32,000 nt of DNA, taken from the NCBI RefSeq assembly GCF_001457595.1, contig NZ_LN831039.1, forward strand, positions 360,001-392,000, given 5' to 3'. Source of the stretch: Mycolicibacterium smegmatis (lineage in GTDB: Bacteria > Actinomycetota > Actinomycetes > Mycobacteriales > Mycobacteriaceae). A program made the translations under genes and the position numbers. Each line of letters opens with the position of its first letter. The stretch's first letter is position 1. Below, one piece after another: positions 1 to 8,377 of this stretch. The notes under the pieces were generated by a model, which was given only the letters and a program-made list of their open reading frames with translations, ran no database searches and had not been told where the DNA came from.

Positions 1-361
1 CCCGGATGTCGTGTCCCGACCCTCCGTCGGGCGAGGTCAGGACGTCACCGACGGCCGCGTAGTCCGACGGTTCGGTGAGATCGACGCTGACGAACCGCAG
101 GCGGCTCAGGAAACGGTCGACGACGTCGGAGTCCAGCAGGTCGGGTTCGACGTGCCGGGCGAGTCCGGCACGGACCGTGTTGCGGTATCCCGCGTCGTCC
201 AGGCCGGCCTTGGCCACACCGATGATCCGGGTGGCGCCTGCGAGCTGGCCGTCTCGGTCCCGCAGGTACAGGGCGGGCAGGAGCTTACGCGCGGCGAGGT
301 CGCCGGTGCCGCCGAAGATCACGAAATCGCACGGATCGACGGGGCTGGGGGTTCGGTTCAT
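1..361 (-). CDS. zwf: Glucose-6-phosphate 1-dehydrogenase, N-terminal part (truncated by window start)
   Basis: Reverse-strand translation from ATG (359-361) gives MNRTPSPVDPCDFVIFGGTGDLAARKLLPALYLRDRDGQL..., the typical G6PD N-terminal Rossmann motif (GGTGDLAxRKL). AGGAGG ribosome-binding site just upstream. Absent from the supplied ORF track because it runs off the edge. Confidence 0.93.
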   Translation of the reverse strand, partial: MNRTPSPVDPCDFVIFGGTGDLAARKLLPALYLRDRDGQLAGATRIIGVAKAGLDDAGYRNTVRAGLARHVEPDLLDSDVVDRFLSRLRFVSVDLTEPSDYAAVGDVLTSPDGGSGHDIR

Positions 362-382
362 CGAAGCCTCCTAGAGAGGAGC

Positions 383-412
383 AGGAGCTGGATCGATAGG
401 AGCTGGATCGAT
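383..412. repeat. Perfect 15-bp tandem duplication AGGAGCTGGATCGAT x2 in the zwf 5' region
   Basis: Direct reading: 383-397 and 398-412 are identical. Confidence 0.9.
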
Positions 413-521
413 TCAGCCTCAAACGCTAGACCCGCATTAGGACTTTGGCAAACGTACTTATGTACTTCAAAGACCTAAATAATGCGTTCTTTGTTTGCTC
501 CATGCGCTCAGATGCGGTTCC

Positions 522-1709
522 ATGGAGGCCATGCCGCCTCCTGCGACGCTGGTGTCGCCCACCCCCGGAGAGGTCTTCGCGCTGATCAGGGATCGCCGGG
601 CCACCACGCGCGGTGAACTCGGGCGGCTCACGGGCCTGTCCCGCACCGCGGTCACGGCACGCGTTGCGGCCCTGGAGGCCGGCGGCCTGGTGATCGAGCG
701 CGATCAGGCGTCGACGGGTGGGCGGCCGGCGGCGCAACTGATGTTCAACGTCGACGCGGGCGTGGTGTTCTCCGCGGCGATCGGACGCAGCCGCACGCAA
801 CTCGCGGTCTGCAACCTCGACGGCACCATCCTGGCGTCCACCGACATCGACCAGGAGCCGGGTATCGCACCCGACGACCTCCTGCCCGACCTCGTCAAAC
901 GGCTCGACATGCTGCTCGACGAGTCGGCCCGCCGCGACGCACACATCTTCGGCGTCGGGCTCAGCCTGCCCGGCACGGTCGATCAGCGCACCGGCGCCAG
1001 CCTGGATTCACCGAACATGAGCGGCTGGGACGGCGTGCCGCTCGCCCCGTATTTCACGAGCCTCACCGACGCCCCGGTCGTCATCGACAACGACGCCAAC
1101 GCCATCGCCGTGGCCGAAAGGCGCGGCGGCTACGGCGAATACGACGACATGCTGGTGGTCAAGGCGTCCACCGGCCTTGCCGCCGGGATCATCATGGGCG
1201 GACAACTCCAGCGGGGCGCCGTACAGGCCGCCGGGGAGTTCGGCCACAGCAAGACGGCCGCCGCGGCCGGCGTGCACTGCCGGTGCGGCGACACGGGCTG
1301 CCTCGAGGCGATCGCGGGTGGCTGGGCGCTGGTGCGTGCGCTGCAGCGTGACGGCCGTGCGGTGAACCACCTGCGTGACGTCGTGGCGCTCGCGCACACG
1401 GGCGACCCCGAGGCGCGCCGCATGATCCGGGAGAGCGGACGCCACATCGGCGAGGTGCTCGCCGCCGCGGTCAACCTGCTCAACCCGGCCGTGCTGGTGA
1501 TCGCGGGAGACATGGTCGGCGCGTACGACCTGTTTGTCGCGGGTCTACGGGAAACCTTGTACGGCAACGCCACCGCGTTGGCCACCCGCACCCTCCAGAT
1601 CGTGCCGTCCATCCATCGGGAGCGCTCCAGCATGGTCGGCTGCGCCACCAACGTGCTCGACCGGGTGCTCAGCCCGGACGCGGTCGATGCCGCCATGTAC
1701 GGCGACTGA
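522..1709 (+). CDS. ROK family transcriptional regulator/sugar kinase
   Basis: N-terminal winged HTH (TTRGELGRLTGLSRTAVTARVAALEAGGLV) and ROK zinc signature (FGHSK...GVHCRCGDTGCLE). Start ambiguous between TTG 495, ATG 522 and ATG 531. Confidence 0.88.
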   Translation: MEAMPPPATLVSPTPGEVFALIRDRRATTRGELGRLTGLSRTAVTARVAALEAGGLVIERDQASTGGRPAAQLMFNVDAGVVFSAAIGRSRTQLAVCNLDGTILASTDIDQEPGIAPDDLLPDLVKRLDMLLDESARRDAHIFGVGLSLPGTVDQRTGASLDSPNMSGWDGVPLAPYFTSLTDAPVVIDNDANAIAVAERRGGYGEYDDMLVVKASTGLAAGIIMGGQLQRGAVQAAGEFGHSKTAAAAGVHCRCGDTGCLEAIAGGWALVRALQRDGRAVNHLRDVVALAHTGDPEARRMIRESGRHIGEVLAAAVNLLNPAVLVIAGDMVGAYDLFVAGLRETLYGNATALATRTLQIVPSIHRERSSMVGCATNVLDRVLSPDAVDAAMYGD

Positions 1710-3306
1710 GCACGCGCCCGACGCGTCCCGCGACGAGCCCGAGGGCGCCGCCGGCCAGCGCCGCCAGCCACACCAGGTGCGCTGCGATCAGCAGACCGCG
1801 ATGCGGCGACGACGGGGCTTCGCCGCCGATGCGTTGCGCCGTGATCCCGCTGTCGGTTTCACGGACCAGCCAGCCCACGCCCGCTTCGGCGAGTTGTTGC
1901 GGCGACGCGCCATCGCGCAGCAGGCCCTGCACCGCACGGGCCCGCGCACCCTCACCCGGCACGGTCCGGCCCCCGATGAGCAGATCGCCCGTGGTCAGCA
2001 CATCGGCCCGCAGCCATCGCGGTAGCGGGTCCAGAACCGTTCCCGCCCACGAGAACTCGCGGATGCTGTCGGCGGGCAGCGCGACGACCGGGCGCGGATC
2101 GGCGTTGATGGTCGCCGCGACCTGCGCCCAACTCTGCGGATACCGCACCGCCCGCATCTGGTTGCCCACGCCCCACGTCAGATCCGGCAGCACGGCGATC
2201 AACGCGGCACAACACACCGCGGCGGCCGCGGCCGCGGGTATCCGCAACCGCCGCAACATCATCGGCGCGGCGCCCGCGGCCAGCGCATAGCCCGGCATGG
2301 CCAGCGCCACCCACTTCTGACCGTCGCGCACGATCCCGAGACCGGGCACCGCGTCTATCAGCGCCTCCACCACGACGAGTCCGGGCGCACTGGTCATCAG
2401 CGCGGGCATGATCACGGCCCCGGCCGCGAGCACCAGAAGAGGCACCGCGGCACGGCGGCGTGCCACAACAGGAAGCCCCGCGGCGACCACACCCAGCAGC
2501 ACCACGGTCGCGACCACGGCGAAAAGCGATGTGCGGGACGCGGGCACGGCGTCACCGTTCCAGATGCCGCCCAGCCCGGCCAGGCTGCCCAGCGTGGCGA
2601 GGCCCGGTTCGGCGCGCGCGGCGAACGCGCGCACCCCCGCCCCGGGGTCCGGGGACGACGACACCGCGCCGCTCACGAACGCGGCCACCAGCCACGGGCA
2701 CGCCGCAGCCACCGCGACCCCCAGGCCGAGGCCCGCGACGCGCGCACGCCGCCAGCCGTCACCCGGGGCCGCCACACAGACCAGCGCCACGGTCGCGGCC
2801 AGTACGAGCCCCGTCGGCGTCAGGCCCGCGAGCGCCATCCAGAACACCAGCGGAGCCACCGGAGTCCACGACGCACGCTCACGCAACCGCAGCACCGAGA
2901 CGGCCACCCATGGCAGGCAGCCGTACCCGACCAGCAGACTCCAGTGGCCCTGCAACAACCGCTCGGCCACGTACGGATTCCAGATCGCCAGCGTCGCGGC
3001 CGTGAACCGGCCGGCCAGACCAGCATCGAAAAGCACGTGCCCCACGAGGCGCGCGGCACCCCAGCCGGCCGCGGCCAGGCCCGCGAGCAGCAGGGCCTTG
3101 ACCACGACGCCGCCGTCGAGCACCGATGAGGCCAGCGCGACGGCGAAGTCCTGCGGAAGTGCACGCGGCGCGGCCTCGGTGAGGCCGAGCGCGGCGTCGG
3201 TCACATACGAGCGCGGGGTCGAGACCGCGTCACGCAGCAAGAGATAGCCGGGTGCCAGCAGCGGCGCCGTCACCAGCACGCTCAATACCAGCGCATAGGC
3301 CGGCAC
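1669..3306 (-). CDS. Conserved polytopic membrane protein, Rv0226c-like
   Basis: Long ORF with many hydrophobic segments (YALVLSVLVTAPLLAPGYLLL...). It sits beside the DUF3068 gene and the acyltransferase, as in the Rv0226c-Rv0228 neighbourhood. Start chosen at GTG 3306, since upstream ORF sequence overlaps the DUF3068 gene. Confidence 0.72.
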   Translation of the reverse strand: MPAYALVLSVLVTAPLLAPGYLLLRDAVSTPRSYVTDAALGLTEAAPRALPQDFAVALASSVLDGGVVVKALLLAGLAAAGWGAARLVGHVLFDAGLAGRFTAATLAIWNPYVAERLLQGHWSLLVGYGCLPWVAVSVLRLRERASWTPVAPLVFWMALAGLTPTGLVLAATVALVCVAAPGDGWRRARVAGLGLGVAVAAACPWLVAAFVSGAVSSSPDPGAGVRAFAARAEPGLATLGSLAGLGGIWNGDAVPASRTSLFAVVATVVLLGVVAAGLPVVARRRAAVPLLVLAAGAVIMPALMTSAPGLVVVEALIDAVPGLGIVRDGQKWVALAMPGYALAAGAAPMMLRRLRIPAAAAAAVCCAALIAVLPDLTWGVGNQMRAVRYPQSWAQVAATINADPRPVVALPADSIREFSWAGTVLDPLPRWLRADVLTTGDLLIGGRTVPGEGARARAVQGLLRDGASPQQLAEAGVGWLVRETDSGITAQRIGGEAPSSPHRGLLIAAHLVWLAALAGGALGLVAGRVGRVLSRRTWRHRPRPG

Positions 3307-3335
3307 CGAGCATGACCGCAGCAGGACCGCAGTTC

Positions 3336-4532
3336 TCAGATCGGTCGGTCCGGTGGCAGATCGGTCGGACGCTGCGCGGGCAGCTTCTCGGTCTTGGCCT
3401 CCGCACCCGGCACCTGGATGCCCTGCGTATCGAAGAATCCGTGGTCGGCGGTGTCGAGACCCGGATCGATGAGCGTGGACTCGGTGCGCAGCGCGAACGA
3501 ACCGAGGACCGCGCCGCCGACCAGCGACACCAGGCCGAGCGCGGTGAACGTGATCGGCAGGATCCGTGTCCACAGCGCGATGCGGTCACGCTCGTCGGAC
3601 GCTGCGGCAACCTGCGATTCGACGCTCTCCTCGTTGGTGGTGACCTTGAAGTCCACGTAGGTGACCTCGGGCTTGAGGGCCTCACGTGCGTAGTACTGGT
3701 AGCCGTGTTCTTCGCTCTTGACGATCGTGCCCGACACTGGGTCGACCCAGAACGTGCGCGAAGCGGCGTAGAACCGGTCCATCGTGATCGACTCGTCCGG
3801 TTCGCCCGGCACACCCCACACCTCGGCGCGCGCAGTGACCGACGCATCCGCGTCGTCCTCGTACAGCGACGAGTACTTGATCGGGTCGGCGAGCTTGCCG
3901 TCGGCGTCGTAGCCGACGTTCTGGACGAACCGGTAGGTGGTCAGCCCGTTGACGTCTTCCTCGCCGTCGTAGTTGGCGTCGAACGCCTTCTGCGCGATCG
4001 GGTCGAAGAACGGATACGTCTTCTTCTCGGTGTCGAACGGGAAGCGGTAGGTCAGCCCTTCGTGGGGCAGCGCGATGTTGGTGGGCGGCTTCTCGTCCTC
4101 GATGGCGCGCGGCTTCTGCACGGCGCCACCCGGGTTGTTCTCGCTCGACACGGCTTCGGCCGTGTTCCGGTTCATCGTGACGGTGTCCACCATCGCGAGC
4201 AGCAGCCCGGCGTCCTGCTGACGGTCGGTGCGGCGCAGCGTGGTGCCCACCTGGAACGTCACGACGTCGGCGTTGGACGGCGCTTCGACGCTCATCTGCT
4301 GTTGCAGGGCCACCGGCACGTCACGGTCGATCTTGAACCGTTCGGCGACCAGCGAGTCCGGATCGAAGGCCGTCGCCGTCCCGTCACTGACCAGCGACGT
4401 GTCGATGTCGAGCGGGATCTTGGCGATCTTGCCCTTGGTGTAGGTGGTCAACAGCAACGCGGCGATCAGCAGGGCAGCACCGAGCCCCAGAAGTCCACAT
4501 GCCGCGATACGCAGCGCCACAGCGCGGTTCAA
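3336..4532 (-). CDS. DUF3068/PorA-family membrane protein, Rv0227c-like (related to the protein linked to lipomannan/LAM maturation)
   Basis: Translation LNRAVALRIAACGLLGLGAALLIAALLLTTYTKGKIAKIPLDIDTSLVSDG... with N-terminal and C-terminal TM helices and an extracytoplasmic domain. ORF can extend to 4595; TTG 4532 preferred. Confidence 0.8.
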   Translation of the reverse strand: MNRAVALRIAACGLLGLGAALLIAALLLTTYTKGKIAKIPLDIDTSLVSDGTATAFDPDSLVAERFKIDRDVPVALQQQMSVEAPSNADVVTFQVGTTLRRTDRQQDAGLLLAMVDTVTMNRNTAEAVSSENNPGGAVQKPRAIEDEKPPTNIALPHEGLTYRFPFDTEKKTYPFFDPIAQKAFDANYDGEEDVNGLTTYRFVQNVGYDADGKLADPIKYSSLYEDDADASVTARAEVWGVPGEPDESITMDRFYAASRTFWVDPVSGTIVKSEEHGYQYYAREALKPEVTYVDFKVTTNEESVESQVAAASDERDRIALWTRILPITFTALGLVSLVGGAVLGSFALRTESTLIDPGLDTADHGFFDTQGIQVPGAEAKTEKLPAQRPTDLPPDRPI

Positions 4533-4697
4533 ACCGGGCCTCCTTCTGTGTGGGCCGACTCGTCCTGAGGCAAACCCGTTCGACCCTAACAGCACTATTT
4601 AAGGCCATCACTTACTCCGAGTGCATACGGCGTGCGTGCGGCGGGACCCGGCAGGCGCCGTTTGGCGGGGTCCCGACCGCGCGGCACACTGGTCGCC

Positions 4698-5891
4698 GTG
4701 ACCACCGAGCAATCCGCGCAGGCCCAGCACGAGGTGGGCGGCACCCGCGGTTTCCTGCCCGCGGTCGAAGGTATGCGCGCATGCGCGGCCATGGGCGTGG
4801 TGCTCACCCACGTCGCGTTCCAGACCGGCCACACCGGCGGGATCAGCGGACGCATCTTCGGCCGGTTCGACCTGGCCGTCGCGGTGTTCTTCGCACTGTC
4901 GGGCTTCCTGCTGTGGCGCGGGCACGCCGCCGCGGCCCGCGGACTGCGCCCCCGGCCGAGAACCGGGCACTACCTGCGCTCCCGGATCGTGCGCATCATG
5001 CCCGGCTACGTGGTGGCGGTGATCGTGATCCTGCTGCTGCTGCCGGAGGCCAAGGCCGATCTCACGGTGTGGCTGGCGAACCTCACCCTCACCCAGATCT
5101 ACGTGCCGCTGACGCTCACGGCCGGGCTGACACAGATGTGGAGCCTGTCGGTGGAGGTCAGCTTCTATCTGGCCCTGCCGCTGCTCGCGCTGCTGGCGCG
5201 CAGGCTGCCGGTGCGCGCCCGGATCGGCGTGATCACCGCCGTCGCCGCGCTGAGCCTGCTGTGGGTGTGCATCCCGTTCGCGGGTGACACCGGGCACAAC
5301 CCGTGGAACTGGCCACCGGCGTTCTTCTCGTGGTTCGCCGCGGGCATGGTGCTCGCCGAGCTGACCGTGAGCCACTACGGCCGGGTGCACCGCCTGGCCC
5401 GGCGCCGTGTGCTGATGGCCGCCATCGCCGTCGTGGCGTTCGCGATCGCGGCGTCGCCGCTGGCCGGTAAGGAAGGTCTGCACCCCGGGTCGGTCGGGCA
5501 GGTCATGCTCAAGACCGCGATGGGTGCCGTGGTGGCGGGGGCGCTGCTGGCGCCCCTGGTGCTCGATCACCCCGGCACACGGCACCGCATTCTCGGCAGC
5601 GCCGTGATGGTGACGCTGGGCCGCTGGTCCTACGGGCTGTTCGTGTGGCATCTGGCGGCGCTGGCGATGGTGTTCCCGATGCTGGGCGAGTTCCTGTTCA
5701 ACGGCCGCATGCTCGTCGTGCTGATCCTCACGCTGGTGTTCGGCTTCGCGCTCGCCGCCGTCAGCTACGCGCTCGTGGAGTCGCCGTGCCGCGAGGCGCT
5801 GCGCCGGTGGGAGTACCGCCACAGCCGCCCGGTGCCGCCGCTGGACAGTTCGATCACCGAGCAGCCGGAGCCCGCCCCAGCCGCGCGATGA
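4698..5891 (+). CDS. Acyltransferase 3 family membrane protein, Rv0228/TmaT-like (trehalose monomycolate acetyltransferase candidate)
   Basis: VEGMRACAAMGVVLTHVAFQTGH...FFALSGFLLWRG is characteristic of Acyltransferase_3, with multiple TM helices. Gene order matches Rv0226c-Rv0227c-Rv0228. Start GTG 4698 (ORF from 4632). Confidence 0.85.
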   Translation: MTTEQSAQAQHEVGGTRGFLPAVEGMRACAAMGVVLTHVAFQTGHTGGISGRIFGRFDLAVAVFFALSGFLLWRGHAAAARGLRPRPRTGHYLRSRIVRIMPGYVVAVIVILLLLPEAKADLTVWLANLTLTQIYVPLTLTAGLTQMWSLSVEVSFYLALPLLALLARRLPVRARIGVITAVAALSLLWVCIPFAGDTGHNPWNWPPAFFSWFAAGMVLAELTVSHYGRVHRLARRRVLMAAIAVVAFAIAASPLAGKEGLHPGSVGQVMLKTAMGAVVAGALLAPLVLDHPGTRHRILGSAVMVTLGRWSYGLFVWHLAALAMVFPMLGEFLFNGRMLVVLILTLVFGFALAAVSYALVESPCREALRRWEYRHSRPVPPLDSSITEQPEPAPAAR

Positions 5892-7341
5892 CGGCGTCGC
5901 GCACCGCCGTGCGGCGCGCCTTGCCCGCGTCGTCGCGCAGGGGTTCGTCGACGAACTCGATGGTGTGCGGCACCTTGTACGACGAGACCGCGTCGCGCAG
6001 GAAGTCCCGCAGCCCCGCCGCGTCCAGCGTCGAACCGGGTGCGGTCTGCACGAGCGCGTGGGGCACCTGACCGAGGTCGGTGTGCGGGATTCCCACCGCC
6101 AGACACGACAGCACCTCGGGGTGTGCCGACAGCGCGGCCTCGATCTCGGCCGGATAGACGTTGCGGCCGCCGACGGTGAACATGTCGACGCGGCGGTCGT
6201 TGAGGTACAGGAATCCGTCGGTGTCGAAATATCCGAGATCCCCCAGCGAGTCCCACCCGTCACGGCTCTTCGCCGTCGTGCCCACGTAACGGTAGGTCGG
6301 TGCGCTTCCGGGTGACGGACGCATGTACACCTCGCCGGTGACCCCGGGCGGGCACTCGTTGCCGTCGTCGTCGAGCACCTTCATCTCACCGGCCACCACG
6401 ACGCCCACCGATCCCGGATGGGTCAGCCACTGTTCACCGGAGATGAAGGTCAGTGCCTGAAGTTCGGTGCCGCCGTAGAGTTCCCACACCACCTGCGGGC
6501 CAAGCAGATCGATCCAGGCCTGTTTGACCGCGGGCGGACACGGCGCGCCGACGTGCCAGAACCTGCGGATCGACGTCAGGTCGTAGGCATCCGGTTCGGC
6601 CCGGTACACCGGCAGCAGGCGCTGCATGATGGTCGGCACCGTGGTGAGGAACGTGACACGGTGGGAGGTCACCAGCCGCAGGAACTCCGCCGGTTCGAAA
6701 CGCGGCATCAGCACCAGGTGCTGGCCCATCAACAACGCGATCGCGAACGTCGTGAAGCCTGTGTTGTGGCTCATCGGCACCGACATCAGCGTGACGTCGT
6801 CGGGTTCGGCGCCCAGCGGCGCGCCGATGAGTGCCGGCACCCGACCGTCCCCGCCCGCCTCGATCAGTTTGGGCCTGCCCGTGCTGCCACCCGAGGCGAT
6901 CGATTTCCAGGTCGGCGACACCGCCTCGGGCAGCGGGTCGTCGGCCAGGCCCGGGCCGGGTTCGAAATCGCCCGGCACCCAGGAGATGTCACCACCAGGG
7001 TCGCGACCCACCACGAGCGCGCGTCGTTTCAGCCCGAGGATCGCCTCGAACTCGGCGTCGGGCATGCGTGGCGACAGCGGTTGGGGGACCGCGCCGAGTT
7101 TCCAGGTGGCCAGCGTCGCCTGCACCCACTCGATCGAGTTGTGCAGGCAGATGGTCACGTAATCACCCTGTCGCACACCGAGTTCGGCGTACGCGCGGGC
7201 AAGCCTGTTGGTGCTGCGGTCGAGTTCGCCGCGTGAAAGGGTGCGTCCCTGACACGACACCGCGGGACGGTCAGGGTCGGCCGCGGCCAGGTGTGCGACC
7301 TGGGTGCCGATCGGTGGGACGTCGAAACCCTTGTCTGTCAT
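5854..7341 (-). CDS. AMP-dependent acyl-CoA synthetase/ligase (FadD-like)
   Basis: Adenylation motifs SGGSTGRPK, YGGTE, GDLGYFDTDGFLYLNDRRVDM, GGRNVYPAEIEAAL and the C-terminal lysine region YKVPHTIEFV...GKARR. Confidence 0.93.
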   Translation of the reverse strand: MTDKGFDVPPIGTQVAHLAAADPDRPAVSCQGRTLSRGELDRSTNRLARAYAELGVRQGDYVTICLHNSIEWVQATLATWKLGAVPQPLSPRMPDAEFEAILGLKRRALVVGRDPGGDISWVPGDFEPGPGLADDPLPEAVSPTWKSIASGGSTGRPKLIEAGGDGRVPALIGAPLGAEPDDVTLMSVPMSHNTGFTTFAIALLMGQHLVLMPRFEPAEFLRLVTSHRVTFLTTVPTIMQRLLPVYRAEPDAYDLTSIRRFWHVGAPCPPAVKQAWIDLLGPQVVWELYGGTELQALTFISGEQWLTHPGSVGVVVAGEMKVLDDDGNECPPGVTGEVYMRPSPGSAPTYRYVGTTAKSRDGWDSLGDLGYFDTDGFLYLNDRRVDMFTVGGRNVYPAEIEAALSAHPEVLSCLAVGIPHTDLGQVPHALVQTAPGSTLDAAGLRDFLRDAVSSYKVPHTIEFVDEPLRDDAGKARRTAVRDAVIARLGRAPAAR

Positions 7342-7342
7342 G

Positions 7343-8320
7343 TCAGTAGCCGCCCTTGTGCTCGAAGATCCGGCGCGGATTGTCCACCAGCATCGTGGTG
7401 ATCTGTTCGTCGGTGACGCCGCGCTGCCGCAGGGCGGGGATCACGTCGTTGTGGATGTGCAGATAGTGAGAGTTCGGCAGTGCGGCCGTGGTCAGTTCGT
7501 CGGGCAATGCGTCGAAGTAGCACCAGGTGTCGTGGGACAGCACCATGCGTTCGGCGTGGCCGCGCTCGCACATGGTCGCCACGGTCGCGACCCGCTGTTC
7601 GAACGGTAGGAACACGTCGACGCCGAACCGGTCCATGCCGATGTAGGAACCGTTGGCGATGAGTTCCTCGAGGTAGCCGATGTCGGTGGTGTCACCGCAG
7701 TGGCCGATGATCACGCGGGACAGGTCGACGCCCTCCTCGGCGAAGACGCGCTGCTGTTCGAGGCCGCGGCGCGTCGCGGCGTGGGTGTGCGTCGAGATGG
7801 GCACCCCGGTCTGGCGGTGCGCGGCCGCGACGGCGCGCAGCACACGCTCGACCCCGGGGGTGACGCCGGGTTCGTCGGTGGCGCACTTGAGGATTGCGGC
7901 CTTGATCCCTGTGTCGGCGATGCCTTTCTCGATGTCGCGGACGAACATCTCGGCCATCGGTTCGTCACCGTCCAGGGCGGTGCCGGGCCCGCGGAAGTGA
8001 AACGTCATGGGGATGTCGTTGTAGGTGTAGAGCCCGGTCGCGACGACGATGTTGAGTTCGGTCGCCTCGGCGATTCGCGCGATACGCGGGATGTACCGGC
8101 CGAGCCCGATCACCGTGAGATCGACGATGGTGTCGACGCCGCGCGCCTTGAGTTCACCCAGGCGCGCGATGGCGTCGGCTTCACGCCTGTGCTCGTCGCC
8201 CCAGGACTCGGGATGGTTGAGCATCACCTCGGTGGTCATGATGAAGACGTGCTCGTGCATGAGCGTGACACCCAGGTCGGCCGTGTCGATGGCTCCGGCG
8301 GCGGTGTTGACTGTCGGCAT
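7343..8320 (-). CDS. php: Phosphotriesterase-homology protein (amidohydrolase-fold lactonase/PTE)
   Basis: TLMHEHVFI metal motif, VDLTVIGLGR, AAILKCATDEPGVTP (metal-bridging Lys), ISTHTHA, IIGHCGDTTD, IGMDRFG. Whole-length match to the PTE family as in Rv0230c. Confidence 0.92.
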   Translation of the reverse strand: MPTVNTAAGAIDTADLGVTLMHEHVFIMTTEVMLNHPESWGDEHRREADAIARLGELKARGVDTIVDLTVIGLGRYIPRIARIAEATELNIVVATGLYTYNDIPMTFHFRGPGTALDGDEPMAEMFVRDIEKGIADTGIKAAILKCATDEPGVTPGVERVLRAVAAAHRQTGVPISTHTHAATRRGLEQQRVFAEEGVDLSRVIIGHCGDTTDIGYLEELIANGSYIGMDRFGVDVFLPFEQRVATVATMCERGHAERMVLSHDTWCYFDALPDELTTAALPNSHYLHIHNDVIPALRQRGVTDEQITTMLVDNPRRIFEHKGGY

Positions 8321-8338
8321 CCCGCCGATGCTAAATCG

Positions 8339-8374
8339 CCGGACCGTGGGTCGGGGCGGATTCGGCCGGTCCGG
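8339..8374. terminator. Possible stem-loop between luxR-type gene and php (CCGGACCG / CGGTCCGG)
   Basis: 8-bp inverted repeat 8339-8346 and 8367-8374 in the 57-bp gap. No U-tract. Confidence 0.35.
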
Positions 8375-8377
8375 TGG

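Noticed and set aside
4608-6263. 551-aa minus-strand ORF opposite the acyltransferase
   Set aside because: Shadow ORF antisense to a clear membrane acyltransferase and crossing into the ligase gene; no recognisable domain.
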